A DNA stretch of 64,000 bases from Negaprion brevirostris (taxonomy: Eukaryota), in NCBI GenBank assembly GCA_030324005.1, contig JARDVH010000157.1:22704208-22768207 (forward strand). The letters are read 5' to 3'. A program made the translations under genes and the position numbers. The notes beneath the pieces were generated by a model. That model saw only the letters and a list, made by a program, of their open reading frames with translations. It did no database searches and was not told where the DNA came from. Shown here piece by piece: positions 1-13,185 of the stretch. The stretch's first letter is position 1. Each line of letters starts with the position of its first letter.

Positions 1-262
1 CCTGCCACAGCAGGTGGTGGAATTTGAATTCAGTATAAAAAAATCTACTGATGACCATGAAACCATTGTCAATTGATGGAAAAGCCATCTGGTTCACTAA
101 CTTCCTTTAGGGAAGGAAATCAGACGTCCTTATCTGGTCTTGCCTACATGTGATTCTAAAGCCACAGCAACGTGGTTGACTCTCAACTGCCCTCTGGCAA
201 CTAGGGTTGTGTGATAAATGCTGGCCAACCAGCGACACCCATGTCCTGCGATTGAATAAAAC
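1..262 (+). mobile_element. Shark SINE (family A, L2-like tail), partial
   Basis: gatgaccatgaaaccattgtc...catctggttcactaa...tttagggaaggaaatc motif shared with copies at 12878, 43570 and 60195 (+) and 6278, 54605 and 58785 (-). Confidence 0.75.
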
Positions 263-702
263 AATCTTACTGCTGGTTCAGATGATAAATTAACAATCGT
301 GTACAGCTGAGCAGTGCAGATGACAAAGTTCTCAGGGGTGGAAGTGAGGTGTTACAAATGGACTCAGCTCTCTGGCTACGAAGGGAAAGAATAACCAGTG
401 GATCCTGATCAGTTGGAAAGTTTATATTTGTCGATATTGAGCAAAGGCAGCATCAGGTTTGTCTCTCGAGCAAAATAATTTGCTGACGCACAATATCTAG
501 GTCTAGATGTTTGTGTCAAGATCCCAAACGACTTTCCGTGCATGTAGAACTATTTCCCAAGCCAGCACTTCTGGATGCGTTTGGGAGAAAATTTGTGGCA
601 TGAAATAAACTGCCTTCTCCAAATAATGATTTGTTTCGGGAAACAACTAGCAATGTTATTAAAACCTGTGCACTTTCTGATGTTTGTTTCTTGTATCCAC
701 AG

Positions 703-823
703 GCGATATGCTCCACAATGTTCTGTCTGTAAAACGCCAATTATACCAGAAGCTGCAAAAGAGGAATGCCTCAACATTGAATTGTTTGGACTCCATTTTC
801 ATGTCAACTGCTATAGATGTGAG
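703..823 (+). CDS. FBLIM1: FBLIM1 (migfilin) penultimate coding exon, LIM3 N-terminal half
   Basis: Acceptor ttgtatccacAG (701-702) and donor GAG|GTGAGA (824). Translates (R)RYAPQCSVCKTPIIPEAAKEECLNIELFGLHFHVNCYRCE, a zyxin-family LIM3 CxxC...HxxCxxC pattern. The position upstream of SPEN matches known vertebrate synteny. Confidence 0.9.
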
Positions 824-904
824 GTGAGAATCTGTATTCAAAGAAAGGGATTCTGCATTTGAATGCTCATTTTCATTATTTCACGGCACTTCTAGAACTG
901 GATA

Positions 905-1425
905 TGTTGGTTATGTGGCTGAGTAATTGAGCTGAACAGACCTTGAAGGCACTAGCTTTGATTTCCTCTCTGTGTTGATAGTTATAAGAACATAAGAAAT
1001 AGGAGCAGGAGTAGGCCATCTAGCCCTTCGAGCCTGCCCCGCCATTCAATAAGATNNNNNNNNNNNNNNNNNNNNNNNNNNNNNNNNNNNNNNNNNNNNN
1101 NNNNNNNNNNNNNNNNNNNNNNNNNNNNNNNNNNNNNNNNNNNNNNNNNNNNNNNTGCCCTCTAGTCCTACTGTCCTTTCTGAGTGGGAAGAGCCTCTCC
1201 ACCTCTATCCTATCCATCCCATTCATCATCTTCTCAGTTAGTCTCAGCTGAAGCTGTGGTTGGAAGCACTATAACACTTAGAAAGGAAAACATCAGTCCC
1301 CACTCTGGTCACTCTCCAGTGATACTTGCGACGTGTATTAGGATTAAACGAAGACTGGATCAGGCCAAGCTGAATAGTTTAAAGCCCTCTCTATAGTTTC
1401 ACAGTCACTGGTACAACCCTGGAGG
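905..1425 (+). mobile_element. Ancient AmnSINE2-like SINE interrupted by a CR1 3' fragment
   Basis: gagctgaacagaccttgaagg...ctctgtgttga / agttagtctcagctg... resembles the AmnSINE2 consensus (recalled); split by the insertion at about 987-1232. Confidence 0.5.
987..1232 (-). mobile_element. CR1 LINE 3' fragment
   Basis: CR1 tail ataagaacataagaaataggagcaggagtaggcc; the minus ORF has the CR1 ORF2 end MDRIEVERLFPL...SRTRG. Confidence 0.8.
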
Positions 1426-2094
1426 AAATGATCTTTATGATGCTGTCTTTTGTCTCTTCAAATTTACTAGCCAAGGACAGCAATAATTCTGACTGGTCAA
1501 ATTTTCTGGCTGTCTGTATTGTGAGACACACTGGATTTTTTTTTTTAATCCATGTTGTTCATAATCCATATTTATGTGCTGTTAAAGGAGAGGATTTAGT
1601 ACAATTTTATCTCCCCAATGTTAGGGTGGTGCAATCTTTGTGTCAACATCACAGAGTAAAACTGCCTCAACTGCAATATAGAAATAAATGTGCAGAGTCT
1701 GGGACAGGGGTTGGCTAACAGGAAGGGCCAAGTAAAGACTTGCTGTTAGATGAGGAGGACATAAAAATTAAAAATGTTAGCTTGGCTGTCACCTTCAAAT
1801 CAGGAAGTTGTGTGTTTGAGCCATATTAGAGTTTAGGCAAGTACAGGATTCATTTTGTAGGGATTCTCCTGTTCATCCACTACAACTTTGGTACAGGAAA
1901 AATAATGCAAACTGTACTTATACCATTTGTAGGCTCTTGTTACAAATTTTCAGCAGACATTCTGCAGAACTCATGCAGCAAATTCATTATTGTAATCTAG
2001 GCTGATGTCCATGTGGATGCTGTCTTGGTGGAAATGGTATTCTTCAGATGAACCATTCCACGTGTACATGGTTTTCTTACTTAAGCAAAGAGGT

Positions 2095-2572
2095 AAATGC
2101 ATTAGAAGCAGTTCAGAAAAGGTTTACTGGACCAATACCAGGAATGGGCAGGTTGTCTTATGAGGAAACGTTGGGGGGTTAGATTTGCATCCCCTGAGAG
2201 TTTAAAAGCGGTGACTTGATCAAAACCTTTACGATCCTGAGGAGTATTGATATGGTGGATGTGGAGATGATGTTTCCTCTTGTTGGAGAATCTAGAACTA
2301 GGGGTCACTGTCTAAAAATAAGCAGTTGCTCATTTAAGACAAGGGTTTCTTTTCTCTGTGTTGACACTCTAGAAATCTCTTCCTCCAAAGTCAGTGGAAG
2401 CAGAGTCTTTGAATAATTCAAAGGCAGAGCTGAGAGATTCTTGATTAATAAGGATGAAAGGTTATCAGGGGTAGTGAGAACAGGGGTTGCAGTTACAGTC
2501 AGATCAGTAATGATCTTATTGAATGGCATTGCAAACTTGAGGGCACAAGTGGCCTACTCCTACTTAGTATGC
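2095..2572 (+). mobile_element. CR1 LINE 3' fragment
   Basis: Degenerate ORF2 end (VDVEMMFPLVGESRTRGHCLKI) plus typical 3' UTR (gatcag...gatcttattgaatggc...ggcctactcct). Confidence 0.85.
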
Positions 2573-3034
2573 TTGTAACTGCCTGTTCAAAGGGACTTTA
2601 TCACTAATACGATTTGAAGAGGGACACAAAGTCCTGACTAAAATTCCTCTCTCGACAACTCTGCCAAAAACAAATTTGCTGTTGGTCAATCAACTCGTGT
2701 CAGGAACTTTGGCTGTTGCATTTCAAACTACTGAAAAATCTCATTTTCACAATTAACTGTGAGAAAGTTCCACATAAATACAGGTTTATTTAAAAAAAAC
2801 TGGTGGTTGCCAACTCGCTTGCAGTATTTATGCACTGCTAAACCTTGCTTGTGTAATTGTTATGCATTAGTAGTCTTTGCTCAGTCTGCACTGATTAATC
2901 AATTCAAATGAGTGCACAGCAACCCTTGGCTTGAAGTCAGTATCACATGAGGAGGTGCAGTATCAGCTAAACATGTAGGGCTCAAAGTGCAAAAACTGCA
3001 AGAGCTCAGAGAATAAACACAGCACACATGGCAA

Positions 3035-3225
3035 TGAGTCATACAGACCAGGAAAGTCCCAGGTTCCATCACCAGTCAGCAGAATTGGATAATACACTGT
3101 TAGGGCTATATGTCAGGCCTCAGGAGTTTTGGAAGGGAAAAAACACATTTCTGTTCCCAATCATATTCTAGAATGTCCTGTTGGAAGATGGATGTCAGTT
3201 GAAGGCAGGATCTGACTTAGCTATC
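3035..3225 (+). mobile_element. AmnSINE2-like ancient SINE fragment
   Basis: gagtcatacagaccaggaaagtcccaggttccatc; same head as the copy near 56365. Confidence 0.5.
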
Positions 3226-3479
3226 TGTAATACCAACTTTAATACCTCATATTTCATTTGGGTGCCAATCGTCATTGCTTTTTTTTCCCTTTGAGACAGA
3301 AAGTTGGGCAGAATCAAAGAGACTAAGTACAGTGGTGGGTGGTTCTGGTGGTGTTTTTCCCACTGATCAGGATGGCAGGATCCCAAACCAGATTCTGTGC
3401 TTGGAAAGTCATTACTTCTGCCTGTTCCCTTCCAAATCACCTAGCTGTCAGCTAGCAGGTTTGAAGGTCTGGGTATCAT

Positions 3480-4550
3480 AAGTAAATGCCAGTCCAGCAC
3501 ATTCGTATCATTCTCTCCAGCCAACCGGTCCTCACGGGACCATGCAGGATGTCCAGAATCCAGAGACAAAAGGCTAGCAGTCTCAAGAAGAAATCTGCAC
3601 CTTGATTCAACCATCCTTCCCCCAGAGATCATCCCATCACCTGTGAGATGCCTATACATCACGTGGACCTACATCCACCCCATCTGGAGTTATTGTGCAA
3701 ACTCTTTCTGTAACATCCATTTGACCCCCTTGTTTGTGAGCATTACACACAGCCTTGTCAGGATCCAGCTTCCCTCCCCTTGGTCTTCATTTTTGTCTTC
3801 CATTGTTAGTCATCTACATCCATCTCCTTACACATCTACCTGCTTCTCATCAACCCCACCCCCTGACATTGCTCAGGCCTCCTTCCACATTGGCCCCTTG
3901 TCTTCATCAGCGCACTCATCCCATCAAACTTTTGGACTGTTGGGAATGCAGGGTCCATGAGTCCAGCAGCACAATGCTGTCCCAGTTCCATGCTGAGCTG
4001 GTGCTGATGGAGGGCACAAATTAGTCTGCCCCAGCAGAGTGGCATTCAGCATTACAGAAGTGGCAATATGCAACAGCAAGTAGGATATGTACCTTGCACT
4101 CACCTCAAGGTCTCAAGTGACTTAAGATCCACCTTGTGCATGTCACCCTTCTTCAAAAAAATTTGATGCTGACATGATTTCGCCCATTTGCGGGATACAA
4201 GATTGGAAGGTCTGACGAGATTTTGGCAATCAGCAGTTTTAATGAGCATTCATGAAATGAGAGTAGTGTTCATGCAACCATGTAACGGGAGAGTCGACCA
4301 GCCATTGGGAAATTTAATTGTTTTTATGCCGGTGGGTTTTTGACTTTTCGGCTGCTGCTAGATCTCCACTCCTGCCTGCCATGAGCCAGATGGAAAAGAA
4401 ATCACACCTGTTGTGTTCAAGTCCTATTCCAGAGAAATGGGCACAAAATCTAGGTTGCCATTTTAACGTAGGAGGCGATCAGAGGTGCCAGATTTCACAT
4501 GTGGCATTCTACCATGTCTGTCCTATAGGGTTGATGGAAAAGATCCCATA
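3480..4550. mobile_element. Degenerate non-autonomous DNA transposon remnant (possibly PIF/Harbinger-like)
   Basis: GC-richer block with no coherent ORF, ending in an aaaagatccc terminal-like motif; family assignment tentative. Confidence 0.35.
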
Positions 4551-4598
4551 GTTAGGCACACCACAATTAAGGAACAGAGCTTTAAAATTAAAGTGAAA

Positions 4599-4732
4599 AC
4601 CGGAATTCTCTGATGTTGTATGCCCCACCCCTGCTGCCAGCGAAATGGATAATTTGGCAGTCAGCCAAATCACCATTCACTGCAGTGGGACTGGAGAATC
4701 CCAGTCGCACACTGGGTTCAGAGAATTCCAGC
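4599..4732. mobile_element. Short MITE with terminal inverted repeats
   Basis: Perfect 11-bp inverted repeat GGAATTCTCTG (4602-4612) / CAGAGAATTCC (4719-4729), apparently inserted in an old CR1 3' fragment running to about 4980. Confidence 0.6.
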
Positions 4733-6277
4733 TGAGATCATTCAGGAAAACACCTATACCTGTAAAAGGCAGTGGATGTTCAGAATCCTTCCGCAAACAT
4801 TAATTGATATGAGGTCAATTGCTAATTTTAAATCTGAGACAGGTTAGCAAAAATCTATCAAATGCAACAGGGATAAGAGGCAAAGGCATCTAAATGCAAA
4901 TAGGTCACTGGTCAGCCATAATCTGATTGATAAAACATACCCAAGGGGCTAAATATCCTACTCACAACCATATTCTGTGTGTTTCACATCACTGTTTTGA
5001 ATAAGAGCAGGAAAGTTCTCCCCAGTTCCTAACTAATACTCCTCCCTTATTAACAATCTCTTGCTAAACTCCCCTTTGGAATGTACTGTTCCTGTTATAC
5101 TCCTATGTACAGTGAATAGAATCACACTTATTAAATTCGATCATTTCTAAAAATGAGTTAATGACAAAAGGATTGGAATTCTGAAAGTCAGCTTATTTAA
5201 CTGACGTTCACTTAAGTAGGCTTTTCCATGTACATTCAGACAGAGGTCAGCCCACTGGATTGTCTTATTCTGCTGTGAAGTTTCACCCTATCATCAGCAT
5301 GTTGACAATTTCTGTAAAAATAAACTTTTATATCCAACCAATCCATTTAAACTCTTTGTATTAGTAAACAACACAAGGTATACGATTGTCACAGTTGAAG
5401 GTAAAACTTTAGATAGTTCTAACACTGTATACTTTTTTTGGATGACTCTGCTCATGAATTAACCATCTTTCAGGAACTAGCATTTCAAGTGAAAGCAGGA
5501 AGGCATTTCTTAGAAGGGAAACACAAATAGCCAACCACATTTCATTCCATTAATATAACAGAATTAATATAACATTAATTTGTAAATTGCTGTCTTTTGC
5601 TCTAACTTTGACCGATATGCTGCATGATAGCAAGTTCCATTTGGCCATTCACTCAGATTTTGCTATCCAGTGCATCTAAAAGGTGTCCACTGTTTGACAT
5701 GTTTATGCACATTTAGGATTTTTAATCTTTGTATTGTGAATGATTGAAAGTGCACGCTAACAGCACAGAAAGAGGAACAGGACAACAAACCATGTACACC
5801 CTAAATAGGTTGAAGGACTAAGAAATAAACAGAGAAGGAACAGAAAAAGAAATGAATGTGTAAATTCAACATCAAATCTTGTGCAAAAAAAAAAGAGGGG
5901 GAAATATTGGAAAGAGTAAGCAAGACCAAAGTGTAAACATTTTCAAAATGTGAAAATGTTCAACCATTAATGTCTGAAAAATGATTAATTTTCAACGCCA
6001 GAGATTAACTGGTAGTTATTAACCATTATTGTGTTGTCAGTAAGGTACTTGTGTTTATAATGAGACAACTTTGTGGTAATTCTAGTTTGCATTGACCATG
6101 CAAATACAGCAATCATGCAATTTCACAACATTCAATGCAGCTAATTGGTGAGGCAAAACAATGTCTTTGCAAAGCTTTTGACAGAGCTACACAGCACTGA
6201 ACAGAGCATATGCTCCCATCTTAAGTTGCTGTACAATTTCTGCATAAACAATATTGTGCCATCATCCTCAAATTTTT

Positions 6278-6545
6278 AAATTCGCTCAAGGGATGTGGGC
6301 TTTGCCAACCAGACTGGCATTTACTGCCCCTACTTCCCCTAGATAAGGTGTAGCTTTTTGGTACAACTGAATGGCTTGCTAGCCCATTTCAGAGGGCAGT
6401 TGAGAGTTAACGATGTTGCTCTGGGTGTTTAGAAACATGGGCCAGACCAGGTAAGAAGAGCAGATTCATTTTCTAAAGGAGATTCATGGACCAGCTAAGT
6501 TTCTGCAACAATCCAGTCACCATGACCAATACCCAGCTTTTTATT
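6278..6545 (-). mobile_element. Shark SINE family A
   Basis: Reverse complement of the 1-262 element (gggatgtgggc...ggcatttactgcc...gagggcagttgagagt). Confidence 0.7.
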
Positions 6546-7365
6546 TTGACAGGAATTTCTGATTTATTATCGTAAGATTCTCCAAATAAAACTACTGAGA
6601 AGTCCATACACAGTTTAGTTTTACATGTTGAACACAAACACACTGTATGTAGAGAAACATCAGCTACCTCTTAATCCATGAAACCTAGATGTGAATTTTT
6701 TAAAAAACTCATGATTTAGGAATCTCCAAATGTGCGAAGGAATAGTGTTGGAGTTTAACCAGCTGCCAGGGACATTAATAATATGTTGCTCATTTTGCTG
6801 GAGCCATTTTATCCATTAAGCTATTCTTTTATAGGATTATTTGGATTTGAGTAGCAAGGATGTAGCCCTACCATGCCATTCCATGTTCCAACAATGAGTT
6901 AGGTTAGGCAAAGCTGGTTGTTCAACCATAAACAATATCTAGGATGCTGCATGTCTATCTGACTCAGTTAATTTCTAGAGCTGCCAGATGAATGCCTTGG
7001 TTCAAGTCCTCCAGTAGTAGTTGTGTTTTTCAAATGCATTAATATTTCAGAAAGTGCTGGACTACCAAATGACTATTAACATTTTGATTAGGTAACTGGA
7101 TAGATAACAGCAATACAGTATCTGTAGAGGATGTTCGCTAAAATGTCACCTGGAGGCTTGATGGAAAAAAGATCAAGCATATGGTACAAAGGGAATCAGA
7201 GTAGGATGGATAAAATTGGTTCAGAGATAAAGCAAATGACATCGATCGGAAATAACATAGCTTAAGGCCAATGATTGATCTATTTTTGATTTTGGTATAT
7301 AGATTTTTTAATATTTGATTTATATTGATATAAAGAGATTATTTGAATTTGGACATTGGAAATAT

Positions 7366-8224
7366 GGGGCGATACTCCCAAAAATGCTAAACTGGCGGGA
7401 AAACTGTTCTAAATCCTGACTGTTTTCTCTGTTCAGCTTCTCACCTGAATCTCCACACCCTGTGCACTGCAGAGGTCCCAGTAGTGAAGCTCATTAAAAT
7501 CCCAGGGGGTGTAGGGCCTATTTGCACTGAAGTTTGACAGTTCTGGAACTGTGTGCTCGATTGCTCGCCAGCCTGGGACCACAGCAGTGCTACCTCTCCA
7601 GCCCCCGGCACGGCCTGATCATGGCCCCCACAGCAATTCCTGGGCCAGTCCTGACACTCCCCGTCCCAAAGCGACCCGATGCACAGCCCAACCCCCCCAG
7701 CAGTGGCGATTTCCCTCCCCCCCACCCAAGATCAGATACCCTCTTCCATACCAGACTAATCCTGTCTGAGTGGCAGCAGGACCCCCACCAATCACCCTTG
7801 GGTCCCATCCATAATAGGCCCTACCCAATGCCCAGTGAGCAATGCCAAGGTGCCTCTTGGGTAATGCCAGGGCACTGCCAGGCACCATCCTATACCGCCC
7901 AAACCCCTCGGGGTCCCCCTCATTCCGGCAGGGTCTCCCACTAGTTGCCCGAATGTGGGGAGCTAGTCTGAACCCTGTCTGACTCAGTTAATTTCTAGAA
8001 TGAAGTACTCCAGGTGGCGTGGGAGATTCAGGTCCCGATAATGATCTAATAACATTTAAAGATGTTAAAAAATGTAAGTGACTTACCTGCCTTCTTACCA
8101 ATTTCCAGCATGGTCTGACCGTCGTTCCTGGCGCATGCGCAAATCCCTGTTCGAGGTCAGAGACGCGCGCCTCCCACCCTGACCTGACAGAAAAGTTGCA
8201 GGTCGCGATGAGAGAATCATGGCC
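7366..8224. mobile_element. Non-autonomous DNA transposon (MITE-like, Harbinger-type ends)
   Basis: Sharp GC-rich island in an AT-rich intron, with imperfect inverted termini ggggcgatactccc (7366) / gagagaatcatggcc (8210-8224). Confidence 0.55.
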
Positions 8225-8254
8225 GTAATTTAAATTTATTTATACTACAAATAT

Positions 8255-8990
8255 AGGTGGATTAGCGGTTGCTGAGGAGGACATTGACAGGCTAGAGAAT
8301 TGACATTTCATGGAAGATATAATTTAATTAAGCATGAGGTAATAAATTTTGTGATGGGATTGTATACACAATGGAAAAATACTTACATTGATGAGAAAAG
8401 TGATCTACCAGTTCAAATACGTAATTCCCTGAAAGTACAAATGCAACTAGAAACAGCATTTGAGTTTTATAAATAGGAACAGAGTGCAAGAGTAAAGAAG
8501 TCATGATAAATTTGCACGATATATTGGTTAGGCCTGTGAGGCTACTTTGTGTGTCTTCAGCTGCCCTGTTGGAGAAAGGACATTAAAGCGGTGAGTGTGC
8601 AGTTTAGATTCAACAGGTTGACATCATGGGTGAGAAACTCAAGATATTAGAATTACTTACACTGGAGTAGAGAAGGCAAAAAAGCAAATTAATGTGCTCT
8701 TTATGAGATTACTGAAAGACCATATTGCTGGTTGAGGAGTTCACACTGAGAGTCATCAATTTAAAATTGTCGCTAAGGGAGCAAGGACAGAAGTTAAAAA
8801 TTCGTTTACATAGCACGATACTAAAGCACAGAAGGCTCTAGCACAAGAAATAGTTAAGGTAGAGACTTTTAAAGAAAATTTGGGTAAGATCTGAGGCAGA
8901 TGAAAATGCATAGCTTTGGAAGAAAGTGAGATGTTGAAGTTAGTTTTAGCTCAAGTAAAGAACTGGGCCAAATGGCCTCTATGTTCCAAA
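8255..8990 (+). mobile_element. Old CR1 LINE 3' portion
   Basis: Degenerate RT C-terminal motifs (gaggacattgacaggct; ttggttaggcc; aaggacatta) and tail gggccaaatggcct. Confidence 0.6.
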
Positions 8991-10448
8991 TGTTCACAGC
9001 TCTATCAGGTATGTTAGCACTTTCCTTTAACTGTACCTCCAAGAAGTCATTAATTATTCATTGGACAATCAACAAGTTTGGCCCCTGCTTGATGGACAGC
9101 AAGTGCAAAGAATTCTTCCTGAACAGCATTAAAATAAAAATGTAGAGCCACCATATTCCCAACAGTAGTAAGGATACACACATACTAACTGAAAAATGGT
9201 TTGGAAGTTTAGAGCAACAGGAGCATCTGCTTCCTTCTCTGAAGCCCAATCATAACACATACTAAATCTTTGATTTGCAAGTATACGCTTATGGACCTAA
9301 CCTCCAAATACTAGAAACTGCGGTCTCAGCCACATAGCTTTCTCGTCAGCAATGATGGCCATCTACCTTAAGAATGGAGAAAGATCCAAGCGGAATAACT
9401 TCAAATATGCTAATCATTTTGTCATTAGTAAAATACTATAATGCATATCAAGCACTACCAATTACTTAATCCAGGTTATCATGCATGTGGCTTTGCAAAC
9501 TACAGGTTCTTTGCTGCTTGCTTCCTGGACAGCTTGCTGATTGTACACTTTCCAAGTAACAAAAATTGGTACATACTGCTTTTTCTTTATTCTGGGTTTT
9601 GCCACTCAAAGGCAATGCTATATTTAAATCCGTTATTCCAAATATAATGCTATTATAATAGCAGATGGATATGAAGTGTGGAAACTGCATGACTGACAGC
9701 AAACTACTATCTGGAGGATATAAGGTGTGAAGTGTGCACAAGCTGTAATATTTGGAGTGTTGTCTGCACTATTTTGTGTGTGAACTATTATACAATAACT
9801 GATATATATCTTGTCTTTGAAATTAATAAAATTAATATCCTATCATTAGCAATAAGCTGCACTGCAAGGTGATACACAATACCATTATAATATGGAGGTG
9901 TTTTATTGAAGCAGCATGATTAGATTAGAGGTTAAAGGGCAATGTTAGAGAAGGTATGTTTCAAATTGGATGGAATGGGCATTGTCCACTTTGCTTTGCA
10001 CTCAAAGTGAAGGATCTTAGTTCTGAGAAATGATATGGTTCAGGCATCTACTGCTAGCATTAAGCAGTCCCAGGTCAGGTATAGTATGTCCCTATGCAGA
10101 GTATGGCTCCTTCTAGTCTGTCCCTAGCATGATTGATAGTCAATTAATGCTAATTTAGGGACAATTGTGCTGTAGGAACGGGACTGAAATTACTTGTTTA
10201 TTTCACATAAGGTCTTTATACCCAAAAACTGAGACTTCTGTCATAGTAGTCTGGCTTGGATGTGAACCAAGGTCCCAGGAGGCAAAAGGCCAATGTCCTA
10301 TCTACCTAATTCTCCCTATCACTAGTGTTAGGATGTATCAGATTAGGAGGCTGGTTGCTGAAGTTGACATTATGATCAAATGAATATTTTGTAATGTCTT
10401 GTATACTCATCTTCTGAATTAAGTGTTCCGCATTGTCTTATCTTACAG

Positions 10449-10559
10449 AAATGTGGAATTCTTTTATCTCCTGACCCAACCGAAGAAGGGTGCTTCCCTC
10501 TGAACAAGCAGATCCTTTGTAAGGCTTGCCACATGCAGAGTACCAGCTCCACTACTTGA
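10449..10559 (+). CDS. FBLIM1: FBLIM1 last coding exon (end of LIM3, stop codon)
   Basis: Acceptor ttgtcttatcttacAG (10447-10448), phase 0, compatible with the 823 donor. Translates KCGILLSPDPTEEGCFPLNKQILCKACHMQSTSSTT*, resembling the FBLIM1 DCRILLSVEPTDQGCYPLNNHLFCKPCH motif. TGA at 10557-10559. Confidence 0.92.
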   Translation, partial: KCGILLSPDPTEEGCFPLNKQILCKACHMQSTSSTT

Positions 10560-10779
10560 AATTTCTAGATCTGAACAGAGCTGATATTATTTCAGTTTGT
10601 GAACCACTGTGTAGTTTCTCTCTAATGTTGCAAATTTGTCCTGGCCCAGTTATGAAGATTTCTAACAGACTACATACAAATCCTGAACCTCTGAAAGATT
10701 ATTTCTCAAGGGTTTACAGTAGAAACTTCCCTCAGTGCAAATCAGAAGGTTGCAGGCTTTATTCCTGCTGAACAATGAT

Positions 10780-11010
10780 CTCACCTGGGATCAATTCTGA
10801 CAAAATTAGTGTTAAAATTAACCAGGGTTTCCTGAACTTTGATTTCTACTGAAATGCAGACATTTTGACATCAGTGAGACCATTAGCATGTTTGATTTGT
10901 AATGTCAAGCTGACTTCCACTCACTGTCTTGGCTTACATATGAAGAGTGGTTACTTGGTAGGATACCGAAAGCAACTACCGCCTGTGCGACCGTATCACA
11001 TCAGAAGATG
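10780..11010 (+). mobile_element. AmnSINE2-like fragment within the FBLIM1 3' UTR
   Basis: ctcactgtcttggcttacatatgaagagtggttacttgg resembles the AmnSINE2 3' part and related copies near 35040 and 56555. Confidence 0.5.
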
Positions 11011-11141
11011 AAGTGTTAAGAAATTAACTGCCAAAACGACTTAAGTCAGATTTAGCTTAGTGTCTAAGCTGTTACTTCTATAACCATTGAAGAATTGTTA
11101 CCAGTTCTCATGTTTTTGTTGGAAAAATTCCTTTCTTTAAA

Positions 11142-11147
11142 AATAAA
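11142..11147 (+). terminator. Candidate FBLIM1 polyadenylation signal AATAAA
   Basis: First canonical AATAAA I see after the stop codon, about 580 nt downstream; the true cleavage site is not determinable from sequence. Confidence 0.4.
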
Positions 11148-12877
11148 ATGAATCCATAGCAAGAGAAACAAAATGGAGAATCTGCAGTAGACCAGACTGT
11201 GTGTGATTCATTGTTTCTATGACATCACCTCATTTTGCTCCAATGCAAAGGATGGTCTATTTAAAGCTGCTTTAAATGTTGATCTTTGGTGTTCGCTTTC
11301 GTGGTATTGGTTTTGTGGAGACAGTGGTCACCTTGGAAGCAGCAGCAGTGGCCAAAAAAACCAATGCAATGTGTCATCTTGGCATCAGTTAAACACACTT
11401 CTCAGAGTTGTAGTAATGCCATCACTAGAAGTGCATTCTTTCTGTAGTGACATTGTGCTGCTAAGTTTTCCATGGTTGTGCATTAACCAATACAATTGCA
11501 TCCTATGCATGCAGTGAAATTGAATAGACCAGCACAATGTCATTGGTTTATTGCCTATTATAAATATGGATGAGTAGGAAAATTAGCTCACTCAAGTCCC
11601 AGATTGTAATAATGAAAGCATTTATGGAATGATCTAGTGATTCTACTAAGCTTCAATCTCTATTATTGCCCTTGCCTTGTCTATTCCAGTTACTTTCTGC
11701 GAAAGCTATTTCCTTTTATGGGATCATGGCACAAATGTTTTAGCTTGTACAACAACAGACTCCTAAGTTTCTTCCCCCCACCCATCCCCATTTGTTTTAC
11801 ATGCCAGTGATGAATTTACACCATCAGCAACACTCAAGAACACAATTCCTTCTCTATTATTTGCAGACTTCTACAAATGACACAACCTTCAAAATGAACC
11901 TTTTTGGGGTTTAAATGGTCCCTTTACAGTTTGAGGTCATTTTAACTATTAAAGCAGCACTTAAAAATTATTTTCCAGAGGATCAAGGGTAACAAGGCCT
12001 ACTTTGAAGTTTTCTTTGCAAAGACATTTTACCCAGGTCTCTGGTTAAAATGAAAGAAAACTATGATCTTCCTGTCTACTTTCACTTTTACTCTGTTCCA
12101 TGATCTGCAGTTTATTCAATTAGCAGATGCCACTTTTAATTTCCCACTGTATTTTTTCAGAATAGAACACCCACTCAAAACTGGGAATCAATGGTACGCA
12201 CTGTAAATATTTGAATTTCAGCAAAGCTGTGACACAGGCATCACTATAACAGAATACTGTTAACTCTCAGACTGGTAATCAAATCTAAAACTTTCCTACT
12301 CTTCCGGAAACCAAGTCTCTTGAATGTATAATTTTGAAACACTGACATAACAACCAGCTTTATGAATGCTCACATTTTCACTGTTCAAAACTGAAAAAAC
12401 TTCTGCCTCTCAGCCCACATTATGGAATATTGACACTACATTGAGCCATAGTGTACCACAGCTGGCTTGACAGCGATCAGTAGCACATATCTTGATTAAA
12501 TTTACATTCCCCCTAATCAAGCAGTGTTGTGGCCAATTATATTAGCTATATGGAGCAATTTATTTTTTCCATTAAACCATCAAACTCTTAAATAATCAAC
12601 TTTTTTCTTTACTGATTTCCATCTCTCTCTCTCTGTTCTTCATTGAGATTCACTTCACAAGTTACTTCAACACAAAAAGTGGTGGAAACCTAGAAATATG
12701 ATAGAAAAGCTGATGTACTATGGAAGCATCATATACTGATTGGTATATGCAAAAGTAAGACAAGGGAATGCACTACACATAATTAGAAATAGTTTTTTTT
12801 AAAAAAAAAATCAAAATTGTACAATGAGAATTCAAGAAACAGCAGCATGAAGGCTAGAATGTTCCTTGCAAGCAGGC

Positions 12878-13180
12878 ACTGGCATAGTAGTATTATTGCT
12901 AGACTATTGATCCAGAAACTCAGCCAATGTTCTAGGGGCCTGTGTTCAAATCCCGCCACAGCAGATAGTGGAATTTAAATTTTAAAAAATGGAATTAAGA
13001 ATCTTCTGATGACCATGAAATCATTGTCAATTGTCAGAAAAATCCATCTCATTCATTAATGCCCTTTAGGGAAGGAAATCTGTCATCCTTACCTGGTCGT
13101 TACCCACATGTGATGCCAGAGCCACCACAATGTGGTTGACTCTCTACTGTCCTCATGCAACTAGGGATGGGCAATAAATA
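12878..13180 (+). mobile_element. Shark SINE family A, near full length
   Basis: tRNA-like head (tggcatagtagtattattgctagact...gttcaaatcccgccac) and body matching 1-262. Confidence 0.8.
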
Positions 13181-13185
13181 CATTT

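Noticed and set aside
7441-7944. Cluster of overlapping ORFs up to 136 aa
   Set aside because: Inside a GC-rich non-autonomous transposon; no transposase motifs seen.
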